Shown one piece after another: positions 1-9,541 of a stretch of DNA of 64,000 nucleotides. The stretch is from an uncultured Alphaproteobacteria bacterium (GTDB lineage Bacteria; Pseudomonadota; Alphaproteobacteria; Rs-D84): positions 39,419 through 103,418 of the forward strand of contig CALXMS010000003.1 of the NCBI GenBank assembly GCA_944389535.1, written 5' to 3'. Made by a program: the position numbers and the translations under genes. Below the pieces are notes generated by a model. It was given only the letters and a program-made list of their open reading frames with translations, had not been told where the DNA came from and did not search any database. How positions within the stretch are numbered: the first letter of the stretch is position 1; every line of letters starts with the position of its first letter.

Positions 1-2719
1 TGCGTTCGGCAAAAATTTCCTCTACGTTCGGTATTTTCAATTCAAACAACAATCCCTTTAATGTATCCCGTTTTTGGTTTAACGCCATACGCATGCCTAA
101 ACCATACTCCGCATTATCTTCAAACAACGAATTTGACCAAGCAGGCCCTCTACCATTTGCATCGCAAGTCCATGGAGTCGTTGGCAAATTAGCCCCATAA
201 ATGGAGGAACAACCTGTCGCATTAGCCACAACCATTCTATCACCGAACAAATGCGCCATCATCTTAATATAAGGCGTTTCACCGCAACCTGCACATGCAC
301 CTGGAAATTCAAAATAATGAGGCAATAATTCAACGTGCTTTGGAATATTTAAATTTAATTTTTCACGCGGAATATCTGGAATCTTTTGCGCTGCATTAAA
401 CGCTTTTTGTTGAGATTCTGAATCTTTCAGTGCCATCATAGATAATGCCTGAACCGGACAATTTTTTACACACACATTACACCCCGTACAATCTGCGGGT
501 GATATGTTCAATGTATAATACATATTCTGACCTAATTCTGGCGTTTTCATCGGTACAACGATGACACCGTCAGCACGAGCCTGTTCCGCCTGCTCTTCCG
601 TCATAACTTTTATACGAATCGCGGCATGCGGACATAAAGTTGAACATTTACCACATTGAATGCATTTAGATAAGTCAACTGTTGCAATGCGTTCTGATAT
701 CGCACGCTTTTCATACTTAGCGGTCCCCACAGGATATTGACCTGCCCCGAATTCCCCGTCAACACGAAAACGAGAAACAGGTATATCATCACCACGCTGC
801 GCAGCCATTTCACCTAAAGTTCCTGCAATTTCTGCCGGCGTATCTAATACCATAGCTGGCACAAAATCGGGTGCAAAGTTTGACACAGATGACGGCAATT
901 TGTACTCGTGTAAATACTCTGCCGCTTTATCTACCGCCGCCCAATTTGCTTGTACAACATCCATCCCTTTCTTTTTGTAAGTTTTTTCTATCGCAACTTT
1001 TGCACTTTTGGCAGCAACGTCTGGATCAATCACATGTGTCAGGTTAAAGAAATTTAACATAATGAAAGTATTAATTCTATTTCCTAAACCTAATTCCGCC
1101 GCCGCCGCATTCGCGTTCAAAAAGAATACTTTTGCGCGCAAACGCATTAAGTGCTCTTGCGTTTCACGTGGAAGATTTGCAAACGCAACTTCCGGGGCCA
1201 TAGATGTATTTATCATTACAGTACCACCGGCGCGCAACCCTTTAAAAACATCAAATCGTTGCGCAATCATAAAATTAGAAACACTTATAAAGTCTGCAAC
1301 TTCTACTAAATACTGACTTTTAATTGGTTGGTCTGAAAAACGAATATGTGACGCAGTCAATCCGCCAGATTTTTTAGAATCGTACACTGCATAAGACTGT
1401 GGATATAACTCTGAATTTTCACCAACTATTTTTACTACGTTTTTAACAGCACCGACAGTACCGTCTGAACCAATTCCATATAAAATCGCTGTCTTAAAAT
1501 TAGAATCCTGAACCGCAAATGCAGGATCTGTTTTCAGTGACAATCCACTTAAATCGTCGTCTATACCAACTGTAAAATTATGGTGTAAAGTATCACGCAT
1601 CATGTTTTCGTAAACCGCCTTTACATCACGTGGTTTAAATTCTTTTGAACCCAAACCATACCGTCCACCGAACACTGCGGCCTTATCACCGACAACAGTC
1701 TTTACGTCTTGATATAATGGTTCACCCAACGCCCCTGGTTCTTTACACCTATCCAAAACGGCAATACGTTTTACTTTTTTAGGTAAAGCAGATAAAAACG
1801 CTTCACGTGGGAACGGACGGAATAAATGTACTTTCATTAAGCCTAAACCTTTCGGAAGATGCGGTAAGGTTTCTTCTATTGTTTCGCAAGCACTGCCCAT
1901 TGCAACAATTACATTTTCTGCCTTAGGATCACCGACATAATCTACCAAGTGATATTGACGTCCGGTCAATTTAGCAAACTTATCCATACACTCTTGTACT
2001 ATTTCCGGCGTTGCGACGTAAAGCGGGTTTGCTGCTTCCCGTCCTTGAAAGAATACATCCGGGTTCTGTGCGGTACCGCGTATAGTCGGTTTATCAGGCG
2101 TCATACCACGCGCACGATTTTTTAGCACTAAATCATCCGGTATCATTTCATGCAGAATGTCGTCACTGATTCTTTCCAACCTAGATTCTTCGTGACTTGT
2201 GCGAAATCCGTCAAAGAAATGCAAGAAAGGAACGCGGCTACGCAACGTTGCGGCATGTGCAATTGCCGCCATATCATGAGCCTGCTGTACACTATGGCTG
2301 GACAATAAAGCGAAACCAGTAGAACGAACTGACATAACGTCGCTATGATCACCAAAAATTGATAACGCATGAGTCGCCAGCGCACGTGCCGCAACGTGCA
2401 TCACAAACGGCGTTTGTTCACCCGCTATCTTATACATATTAGGTATCATCAACAACAAACCCTGAGACGCGGTAAATGTCGTAGCCAACGACCCCATTTG
2501 CAAAGCACCGTGCATAGCCCCCGCCGCACCAGCCTCAGATTGCATTTCTATAATATTTGGAATTGCCCCCCATATATTTTTTTTATGCTGGAACGACCAT
2601 TCATCTGCCAGTTCACCCATAGTGCTGCTGGGGGTTATAGGATAAATAGCCGCAAAATCAACACATCTGTACGCGACGTCTGCCGCTGCCCAGTTACCGT
2701 CTACAATTAAATTCGCCAT
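1..2719 (-). CDS. nifJ: Pyruvate:ferredoxin (flavodoxin) oxidoreductase, homodimeric NifJ/PFOR type. The N-terminal ~906 codons are present; the gene runs off the window start.
   Basis: Minus-strand translation from the ATG at 2717-2719 gives MANLIVDGNWAAADVAYRCVDFAAIYPITPSS...GELADEW, a typical PFOR domain I. Further downstream it shows two CxxCxxCxxxCP ferredoxin-type clusters (NCGKCSTLCP, CTGCNVCVKNCP) and a TPP-domain GCxG motif. The reading frame is open to position 1. The SD AAGGAA lies 8 nt upstream. The ORF track does not list it because no stop codon falls inside the window. Confidence 0.85.
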   Translation of the reverse strand, partial: MANLIVDGNWAAADVAYRCVDFAAIYPITPSSTMGELADEWSFQHKKNIWGAIPNIIEMQSEAGAAGAMHGALQMGSLATTFTASQGLLLMIPNMYKIAGEQTPFVMHVAARALATHALSIFGDHSDVMSVRSTGFALLSSHSVQQAHDMAAIAHAATLRSRVPFLHFFDGFRTSHEESRLERISDDILHEMIPDDLVLKNRARGMTPDKPTIRGTAQNPDVFFQGREAANPLYVATPEIVQECMDKFAKLTGRQYHLVDYVGDPKAENVIVAMGSACETIEETLPHLPKGLGLMKVHLFRPFPREAFLSALPKKVKRIAVLDRCKEPGALGEPLYQDVKTVVGDKAAVFGGRYGLGSKEFKPRDVKAVYENMMRDTLHHNFTVGIDDDLSGLSLKTDPAFAVQDSNFKTAILYGIGSDGTVGAVKNVVKIVGENSELYPQSYAVYDSKKSGGLTASHIRFSDQPIKSQYLVEVADFISVSNFMIAQRFDVFKGLRAGGTVMINTSMAPEVAFANLPRETQEHLMRLRAKVFFLNANAAAAELGLGNRINTFIMLNFFNLTHVIDPDVAAKSAKVAIEKTYKKKGMDVVQANWAAVDKAAEYLHEYKLPSSVSNFAPDFVPAMVLDTPAEIAGTLGEMAAQRGDDIPVSRFRVDGEFGAGQYPVGTAKYEKRAISERIATVDLSKCIQCGKCSTLCPHAAIRIKVMTEEQAEQARADGVIVVPMKTPELGQNMYYTLNISPADCTGCNVCVKNCPVQALSMMALKDSESQQKAFNAAQKIPDIPREKLNLNIPKHVELLPHYFEFPGACAGCGETPYIKMMAHLFGDRMVVANATGCSSIYGANLPTTPWTCDANGRGPAWSNSLFEDNAEYGLGMRMALNQKRDTLKGLLFELKIPNVEEIFAER

Positions 2720-2826
2720 TTTATTTTTTCCTTAAAAATTCATACGGGCTATATAATACCCCGAAAATCATCATAAGGCAAGATTTATAAAAGAATTGAC
2801 AAAATTACATAATAGTAAAACATCAT

Positions 2827-3732
2827 TTACCGACAAACTTCTTGAAGTATCTTACCGCGTTTTATTTCTAATCGCTTTTTATACGTTTCATAAACGGGGT
2901 TGTCTTCAAAAACTAAGCAATCACAATTTACAGGTAAATAAGCCAGTGTCTTAATATTATTCTTTGAACAATCAAGTATTTCTACTTTTTGGGGACAAAA
3001 CTTTAAATCTTTTAAAAGATTCCACCCGCAATCAAATTCCTCTAATTCCAGAGGCGCACCTTTTAAAGACCGTAATTTATTATTGCTACAATAATAATTG
3101 TTTACTTTTTGTGGTCCCCCGATCAAATTTGATAATCTATTATCTTCACAATAAAAAAAGTTTTTTACCTCTATTGGGGCGCCTTTTAAAGTACGCAATT
3201 TATTAAATGAACAATTATACACATTCACCTTTTCTGGTCCGCCTTCTAGAGTTATTAAATCATTAAAGGAACAATAAAAAATTTCCGTAAATTTTGGTGC
3301 CCCATTTAAAGTCTTCAAATGATTCCAGCAACAAACGTATTTTATTGTTTTAACGGGTCCACCAACCAAAGATTCTAATTGATTATGGTTACACAAAAAT
3401 TCTTCCACCTCTTTCGGCGCAAAGTTTAAAGACGACAAGGCATTATGGGAACAATCATATACTTCCGCTTTACTAGGTCCCCCTTCAAGACTAGTTAATA
3501 AATTTGAATCGCAATAGAAACGTTTTACCTCTTTTGGCGCACCTTTTAATGAAGTTAATTGATTATATGAACAATTAAAATAACTTAAACAAACACACGT
3601 CGAAAGATCTGGTAATTCAGTCAAACCCATTTTGGCAAGATTTATGCCTTCTTTTATAACAAAATTCTTTGGCAACTCAAATACATCATACTTTTTTCCG
3701 TCTTGATAAAAGTACCTGCTTGGTTCACCCAT
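2827..3732 (-). CDS. Leucine-rich-repeat protein with about 11 tandem 20-residue repeats. No signal peptide, so a possible eukaryote-like effector.
   Basis: The 301-aa ORF has a repeat unit xCsxNxLxSLxGaPxxVxxF, for example YCDSNLLTSLEGGPSKAEVY, DCSHNALSSLNFAPKEVEEF and YCSFNDLITLEGGPEKVNVY. The period is 20 aa (60 nt). The N-terminus is not hydrophobic. Confidence 0.7.
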   Translation of the reverse strand: MGEPSRYFYQDGKKYDVFELPKNFVIKEGINLAKMGLTELPDLSTCVCLSYFNCSYNQLTSLKGAPKEVKRFYCDSNLLTSLEGGPSKAEVYDCSHNALSSLNFAPKEVEEFLCNHNQLESLVGGPVKTIKYVCCWNHLKTLNGAPKFTEIFYCSFNDLITLEGGPEKVNVYNCSFNKLRTLKGAPIEVKNFFYCEDNRLSNLIGGPQKVNNYYCSNNKLRSLKGAPLELEEFDCGWNLLKDLKFCPQKVEILDCSKNNIKTLAYLPVNCDCLVFEDNPVYETYKKRLEIKRGKILQEVCR

Positions 3733-3747
3733 ATTTAAAACCCTACG

Positions 3748-5190
3748 TTATTTTTTATCCGATTTATTGCCCTTATTTTCCGATTTTTTATCGTCGGCTG
3801 CCTTGGTATCCTCAACCATATCCGCATCCAACGCAACTTCATCATCTGGCGTTAACGGAACTATGCTGGCCCGTTCGTTTAATTTTGACATAGCCCGAAC
3901 CATGTCCATGGCACGTTGTAATTGATAGTCCAAAGCGTCTTTTTCTTCATCTGTTAACTCTTTGTCATCATCCGACTTCTTTTTATCGTCTTTTTCAGCC
4001 TCTTCGTTTTTCAAAGCATTCTTAAACGAAGCTTCAGAGTACAAACTTTCCTTACGTTCCAAAACTTCCACTTTACTTTGCAGAACCTCTATATCTGGTG
4101 TTATACCCTCGTTCTGAATTGAACGCCCCGACGGAGTATAATAACGCGCAATTGTAATGTGTATTGCGGTACCATCACCCAAAGGTTTTTGCTGCTGAAC
4201 ACTGCCCTTACCGAAAGATTGAGACCCCATAACCAATGCTCGACCATTGTCTTGTAATGCACCGGCAACAATTTCAGACGCAGATGCAGAACCATGATTT
4301 ATTAATACGACCACAGGTTTACCGTTTGCTAAATCACCGGGTTTAGCAAAGTTTCGCTCAATATCAGTCTTATGCTTACCACGCGTAGAAACGATTTCTC
4401 CAGCATCTAAGAAGGCATCAGCAACGTCAATTGCCGCTGTCAAATAACCGCCTGGATTATTACGAACATCCAAAACATAACCTATAACGTCTTTCTTTTC
4501 TAATTTTTCTAGCGCTTTTTCTAACTCTTTTGCAGTTGTTGCCCCAAAATCAGATATACGAATATAACCTATTTTTTCGTCTGTATCTTCATCTGACCCA
4601 GCGATGGACTTTTCTTCATACTTTACAGATTCCACTTTTATTATCGCACGCTTTAAAGTTATAGTACGCGGTTCTTCCCCTTCCGAGATTATAGTAAGTT
4701 TAACTTTTGTACCCGGCCTACCTTTCATTTTTTTTACCGCTTGATTTAAGGTCATATCAAATACCTGTTCGTCATCAATATGAGTAATATAATCACCGGC
4801 CTTAATTCCTGCTTTATCAGCCGGGGTGTCATCAATAGGTGATATAACCCGAACCGCACCGCGATCGCTTGTAATCTGAATACCTAAACCACCGAATTCC
4901 CCCAATGATTTGTCATTGAATTCTTTGAAATCGTCCGCTGATAAATACGAAGAATGCGGATCCAAAGCCTGCAACATACCATTCATTGCAGCTTCTAACA
5001 TTTTCTTTTCGTCGGCTTCTTCAACGAAACTGTCACGCGCAGTTTCAAAAACCAAAGCCAACTTTTTTAACTGCTCATAAATCTGCTCGTCCGTCAAGTG
5101 TTCTACAGGTTCGTCTTTCTTTGCTTTATCTGCCCCAAAAGCCACGACTGGTACGATCAAAGCTATTAAAATCACCAACTTTTTTAACAT
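3748..5190 (-). CDS. ctpA: Carboxyl-terminal processing protease (S41 family with a PDZ domain), secreted, with a long charged C-terminal tail
   Basis: It has a signal peptide. The PDZ region reads GGLGIQITSDRGAVRVISPIDDTPADKAGIKAGDYI and the S41 catalytic region reads GYVLDVRNNPGGYL...INHGSASASEIVAGALQD. The last ~110 aa are rich in K, D and E. Confidence 0.9.
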   Translation of the reverse strand: MLKKLVILIALIVPVVAFGADKAKKDEPVEHLTDEQIYEQLKKLALVFETARDSFVEEADEKKMLEAAMNGMLQALDPHSSYLSADDFKEFNDKSLGEFGGLGIQITSDRGAVRVISPIDDTPADKAGIKAGDYITHIDDEQVFDMTLNQAVKKMKGRPGTKVKLTIISEGEEPRTITLKRAIIKVESVKYEEKSIAGSDEDTDEKIGYIRISDFGATTAKELEKALEKLEKKDVIGYVLDVRNNPGGYLTAAIDVADAFLDAGEIVSTRGKHKTDIERNFAKPGDLANGKPVVVLINHGSASASEIVAGALQDNGRALVMGSQSFGKGSVQQQKPLGDGTAIHITIARYYTPSGRSIQNEGITPDIEVLQSKVEVLERKESLYSEASFKNALKNEEAEKDDKKKSDDDKELTDEEKDALDYQLQRAMDMVRAMSKLNERASIVPLTPDDEVALDADMVEDTKAADDKKSENKGNKSDKK

Positions 5191-5356
5191 AAGCTTTCCT
5201 TTACAGTTAAATATACATAAATACGTTGTGAATAAGCATAAAACAAAAAGATAACCGCCGCAAGCGCGTTTTTATATAAATTTATTGAAAACGCCAAAAA
5301 ATATTGACAAATTTTATTTAAGGGCTATATTATATGATAAACACCAAGAGAAATAA

Positions 5357-6082
5357 ATGACCAAGACGCCGAAATTTTCAAAGCAAATTGAGGAAAATCG
5401 TGAAACGATATCTAAACTGTTATCTGGTGCTGATACAGTCAAACGTTTGAACAATTTTAATTGGTTACGGCACGAAATATCATATACAGAACCAAGAATT
5501 TTATTTTACGTCCCCAGCAAAGAACAACAACCATATTTGGACTATAATTCTATGAAAAATATTGGTGACGCATATGATTATATATTACAAAACCCGAAAA
5601 AAAACATAGATATATATGAAATTTGTAAAATACACAGCACAATATGTACGGGAACGCATATTCAGGGGGGATTATTTAGAACCAGCCCAAAAATAATAGA
5701 AATACAAGTTAATGGCCATCGATTACATGCACCAGACGAAACGCAAATTTTATCGAAGATGACCGAAATTATTTTCAAATTAAACGACCGTAATGTCTGC
5801 GTATTAAAACGCGCATTTCGTATTCATTACGATTTAATTATGTTGCAACCGTTTGATGACTTTAATAAGCGCACCGCACGACTTATTATGAATTGGGTAT
5901 TAATACAGAACGGATACAGACCTATAGTATTTAATCAACCAACGGATAAGCAAAAATATAAAGAAGCAATTACTGCTTGTGCAAATGGTCGACCTAAAGA
6001 ATATATATACTATATGTCATATTGTATGGCTAGAACGCAAAAACAAATCATATCTTTATTGAATAACTCTAAAATGTTATAG
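5357..6082 (+). CDS. Fic/Doc-fold protein with a non-canonical active-site motif, QPFDDFNKRTAR in place of HPFx(D/E)GNGRxxR
   Basis: The layout is Fic-like: HIQGGLFRTSP...VNGHRLHAPDETQILSKMTEII...AFRIHYDLIMLQPFDDFNKRTARLIMNWVLIQNGYRP. This aligns residue-for-residue with the canonical Fic core, which ends in ...IHPFxDGNGRxxRLLxNLxLxxxGYPP. The catalytic His is replaced by Gln, and GNG becomes FNK, which resembles the Doc NKR motif. Confidence 0.7.
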   Translation: MTKTPKFSKQIEENRETISKLLSGADTVKRLNNFNWLRHEISYTEPRILFYVPSKEQQPYLDYNSMKNIGDAYDYILQNPKKNIDIYEICKIHSTICTGTHIQGGLFRTSPKIIEIQVNGHRLHAPDETQILSKMTEIIFKLNDRNVCVLKRAFRIHYDLIMLQPFDDFNKRTARLIMNWVLIQNGYRPIVFNQPTDKQKYKEAITACANGRPKEYIYYMSYCMARTQKQIISLLNNSKML

Positions 6083-6090
6083 GTTTTTAC

Positions 6091-7017
6091 ATGGCTGATG
6101 AAATCATAAATCTTCCAAATCACGGTCGCGAGACATATGCAGTTTATTACGGGGATCGATTCGTATTGAAACGCCCTTTGCCGTACTTTAACGATGCCTC
6201 AAAAAAAGCATGGTTAAAAAAACAACATGACACAAAGCAAAAAATTGATGACATTCGAAAAGTCGGGAACCCTGTTTATAATATCCCAGAAATGATATTT
6301 ATAAATGATGAAGAATACCAGGTTCTAGAAGAACGCGCTTTGGGTGAACCGCTTACAAGACAACTTTACGACAATCTATCTAAACGTCAGCAATTTGAAA
6401 TCATAAATAGTTTAGGCAGTTTTCTTGTTGATATGAACGAACTGAAACCTATTGGACAAATTCAGAAATACAAAATTGCAAACGACATAAAGTTTTCTCG
6501 TTTAGACAGATTTATAGAAACCAAAATGTCTAATTGGTTCACAAAAAGCGAAGTGGTACAAATGGCCAAAGTTCGTGATGAGATAGGCTCTTTCGAATAC
6601 GAAACAAGACTTGCTTGGTCGCACGGCGATATAAATGCAGGCAACGTATTATATGATGTCGGTAACAATAAATTATCTTTTATAGATTTTGCTGAAACGG
6701 GTTATAAATATATTTATCGCGATATTTTTGCCCCGCTACAAGTAGAATTAGATATATATAAGCGAGTTTATGAAACATATTATCAATTACACAATAAAAA
6801 TTTATATGTGATGCCCAGCATAAAAAATGAAAACCTACGTGAAATTATGAAATATAGAATTTTAGCAGTCGTATTACGTCGCATAATAAAGGCATCCGAC
6901 GACCTACGCCGCAATCCTGCGTCACCAAAAAGTGAGGCAAATAATCTAGAAAAAATATTTTTCATTCGTCGTCAAATGCAAAAATTTGAAATCATAGAAA
7001 AAATGTTTTCAAAATAA
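6091..7017 (+). CDS. Protein with an aminoglycoside-phosphotransferase or protein-kinase-like fold
   Basis: It carries the Brenner-type catalytic motif SHGDINAGNVLYD and the metal-binding IDFAETG (DFG-like) motif. A Lys-containing strand, VLKRPLP, sits in the N-lobe. The gene starts 9 nt after the stop of the Fic-like gene, so the two are probably co-transcribed. Confidence 0.65.
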   Translation: MADEIINLPNHGRETYAVYYGDRFVLKRPLPYFNDASKKAWLKKQHDTKQKIDDIRKVGNPVYNIPEMIFINDEEYQVLEERALGEPLTRQLYDNLSKRQQFEIINSLGSFLVDMNELKPIGQIQKYKIANDIKFSRLDRFIETKMSNWFTKSEVVQMAKVRDEIGSFEYETRLAWSHGDINAGNVLYDVGNNKLSFIDFAETGYKYIYRDIFAPLQVELDIYKRVYETYYQLHNKNLYVMPSIKNENLREIMKYRILAVVLRRIIKASDDLRRNPASPKSEANNLEKIFFIRRQMQKFEIIEKMFSK

Positions 7018-7020
7018 GCA

Positions 7021-8124
7021 TTAATCTTCTTCTTTAAACAATCTAGCAGGGTCAACCGCTTTATTTCCGCGTCGAACTTCTAAATACATTTCTGGTTTAT
7101 CGGAACTCATTCTGCCGATAGGTTCACCGGCAAGAACATCTTGCCCCAACATAACATTTATTTCACCTAAATTGGTCATAACTGTATTATACCCATTTTT
7201 ATGAGACATAATTATTACCTTACCGAAACCTTTGAAACTATCGGCAAATTTAACTTCTCCGTCAGCGGGCGCCATTACCAAAGCATCTCCGCGGGCACGT
7301 ATATGCCATCCATCAGACTTTAGCCCCAAAGCAGTTTGTTCTGCGAAACGAACGACGACTTTTCCCCGAACTGGTTTATTTAATTTACGTAATGAAAAAC
7401 GTGAATCGGATGACATTTCTGAACTCCCTACGCCGGCAGATAATTCAGATATAGTTTTTGCGCGCGCCGACAAATCACGCAATTTTTTCTGTAAAGCAGT
7501 CTGCTGAGTACGTAACTTTTGGTTCTGCGCAGAACGAGTACGTAATAGTTTATCTAATTCATCTTTTTCATCGGCATAACGTTTTGCTGTGCGATCTAAT
7601 TTTTCCTTTTCGATGGCTCGTTCTTCACGAATTTTTGTAAGCTCTTTTATCTGATCTGTCGCGGTTTGTATTTCAGCATCAAAACTATCGGCCATTCCAG
7701 ACAATATAGCGGAAGTTAAAACATATTCACGCATATTTTCTGAATCAAAACTGGGATGTGATGCAACAAATAAAACACTAGCCGCCGCATCGGCAATTCG
7801 TTCCTGGTTTTTCTTTAACTCTTTCTCCAACTTTTTACGTTTTGCGTCAAGATCATTTATTTTCTTAGATACGGCACTACGTTGTTCTTCCAAAGTACTG
7901 ACACGATCTGCCGCCTTTACCAACTTCTTTTTCGTAGATTCTACTTCTTTATTAGACGTTTTTACTTGCTGTTCTAATTTTTTATTTTGTTGCTCTGTTT
8001 TTTTGATTTGTGCCTGAATATTTGCCAGTTCACTTGCCCCATAAGAATAATTCGGGGAATAGACAGTAAATATAAAAAATAAAATACTAATTATTTTTAA
8101 AAGATTGCGCGAAATTTTTTTCAT
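7021..8124 (-). CDS. M23/LytM-family peptidase with an N-terminal coiled-coil (EnvC/NlpD-like murein hydrolase or activator), secreted
   Basis: The signal peptide is MKKISRNLLKIISILFFIFTVYSPNYSYGA. A long K/E/Q-rich coiled-coil follows, then a C-terminal LytM domain (DGWHIRARGDALVMAPADGEVKFA...GFGKVIIMSHKNGYNTVM...GEPIG). The start is placed at the MKK codon at 8124. The ORF is open back to 8154. Confidence 0.8.
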   Translation of the reverse strand: MKKISRNLLKIISILFFIFTVYSPNYSYGASELANIQAQIKKTEQQNKKLEQQVKTSNKEVESTKKKLVKAADRVSTLEEQRSAVSKKINDLDAKRKKLEKELKKNQERIADAAASVLFVASHPSFDSENMREYVLTSAILSGMADSFDAEIQTATDQIKELTKIREERAIEKEKLDRTAKRYADEKDELDKLLRTRSAQNQKLRTQQTALQKKLRDLSARAKTISELSAGVGSSEMSSDSRFSLRKLNKPVRGKVVVRFAEQTALGLKSDGWHIRARGDALVMAPADGEVKFADSFKGFGKVIIMSHKNGYNTVMTNLGEINVMLGQDVLAGEPIGRMSSDKPEMYLEVRRGNKAVDPARLFKEED

Positions 8125-8176
8125 AGCCATAACATTGTAACAAAATAACCGCAAAAATCAAACAAGATACATATAA

Positions 8177-8203
8177 ATAAAACGAGCAAAAGGCTCGTTT
8201 TAT
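8177..8203 (-). terminator. Rho-independent terminator downstream of tyrS. It has an A-tract on one side and a T-tract on the other, so it could act in both directions.
   Basis: The stem aacgagc/gctcgtt has an aaaag loop. It is flanked by an A-run and a T-run, and lies just past the tyrS stop codon. Confidence 0.6.
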
Positions 8204-8205
8204 TC

Positions 8206-9420
8206 TTATTTTCTTATAACCCGAAGAAAAGTTTTCTTTCCTTTCTGTACCATTATTTCATCTGCAACCTTAACTTCTGATTTCCAATCTGTAACTTTAA
8301 TACCATCAATTTGAATCCCCCCCTGCTCTATCATGCGTCTTGCCTCTGATTTCGATGAAAACATTTTTATGTTAACTAAGAAATCAACAACGTTCATTTT
8401 TTCAGGTATTTCTAACTTCACACTAGGCACATCATCAGATTTTATGCCGCCACCAAACAAAGCATCCGATGCAGTTTCTGCCGCCACAGCCGCGTCATGA
8501 CCATGAGCTATTTCCGTTGCCGCAAAAGCTAAAATTTTCTTAGCCTTATTTAATTCTGCACCATCTAACTTAGATAGCTTAGCGATTTCATCCAATGGAA
8601 TTTCCGTAAATATTTTTAAGAACTTTTCAACCAAGTCATCTGGTGTATTACGAAAATATTGATAATATTCATACGGTGTTGTTTTATTCTCGTTTACCCA
8701 AACGGCGTTTCCGGCAGATTTGCCTATCTTTTCACCTTTTGAATCCGTAATCAAAGCCGTTGATAGAACGAATACTTCTTTCCCCAACTTTTTACGTATC
8801 AATTCGACGCCCATCACACTATTTCCCCACTGATCAGCACCGCAAAACTGCAACGTACAATTATACTTTTTATTAAGAGTTAAAAAGTCAACAGCTTGAA
8901 ATGTCATATAGTTAAATTCCAGAAATGTCATACCGTTTTCCAAACGTCTTTTTACGCTTTCCATCGATAACATACGCGGAACTGTAAAGTCTGTACCGAA
9001 TTCGCGCAGGAAATCCATATGACTATATCCTTTCATCCAATCATAATTATCTACCATAATGGCGTCGTTTTCATCGTCACCAAATTTTATAAATTTAGAT
9101 ATAGATTTCCGTAATCCAGAACAATTTTTTTCAATCTGCTCGTCCGTCAACATCGGTCGCCCTTTATCGCGACCGGATGGATCACCGATACGACCAGTTG
9201 CACCGCCTATTAATAAAATAGGTTTATTCCCATATTTCTGAAACCAGCGCATTAACATCAGTGACGCCAAATGACCAACGTGCAAAGAATCACCCGTCGG
9301 ATCCGTTCCCCAATATCCAACAATTTGTCCGGCGTTTAAAGCTTCGTCCAAACCTTCTAAATTAGACGATTGATTTATAAAGCCCCTGGCTTCTAATTCT
9401 TGTAATAATTTACTTTTCAT
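8206..9420 (-). CDS. tyrS: Tyrosyl-tRNA synthetase
   Basis: The class I HIGH motif reads LHVGHL and the KMSKS-type motif reads KIGKSAGNAV. There is a C-terminal S4-like domain, and the N-terminus begins MKSKLLQELEARGFINQ. Confidence 0.93.
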   Translation of the reverse strand: MKSKLLQELEARGFINQSSNLEGLDEALNAGQIVGYWGTDPTGDSLHVGHLASLMLMRWFQKYGNKPILLIGGATGRIGDPSGRDKGRPMLTDEQIEKNCSGLRKSISKFIKFGDDENDAIMVDNYDWMKGYSHMDFLREFGTDFTVPRMLSMESVKRRLENGMTFLEFNYMTFQAVDFLTLNKKYNCTLQFCGADQWGNSVMGVELIRKKLGKEVFVLSTALITDSKGEKIGKSAGNAVWVNENKTTPYEYYQYFRNTPDDLVEKFLKIFTEIPLDEIAKLSKLDGAELNKAKKILAFAATEIAHGHDAAVAAETASDALFGGGIKSDDVPSVKLEIPEKMNVVDFLVNIKMFSSKSEARRMIEQGGIQIDGIKVTDWKSEVKVADEIMVQKGKKTFLRVIRK

Positions 9421-9483
9421 AAACCATTTCCCTTTTATGGTTATAATATCAGAATAAAATCTAATATTCCATAATCTTTGAAT

Positions 9484-9516
9484 AAAAAACCGCTCTTTAT
9501 AAAAGCGCGGTTTTTT
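9484..9516 (-). terminator. Rho-independent terminator of the rpsB-tsf operon
   Basis: An imperfect hairpin, aaccgc...gcgcggtt, is followed on the minus strand by a U-run. It lies 25-60 nt past the tsf stop codon. Confidence 0.5.
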
Positions 9517-9541
9517 ACGTTGTTATATTCTTGGTTAAATC

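Noticed and set aside
610-2710. Four short ORFs from the track (610-813 minus, 1008-1316 plus, 2143-2394 minus, 2369-2710 plus)
   Set aside because: All lie inside, or out of frame with, the long minus-strand PFOR reading frame (1-2719). That frame translates into a convincing PFOR and is missing from the track only because it has no stop codon inside the window.
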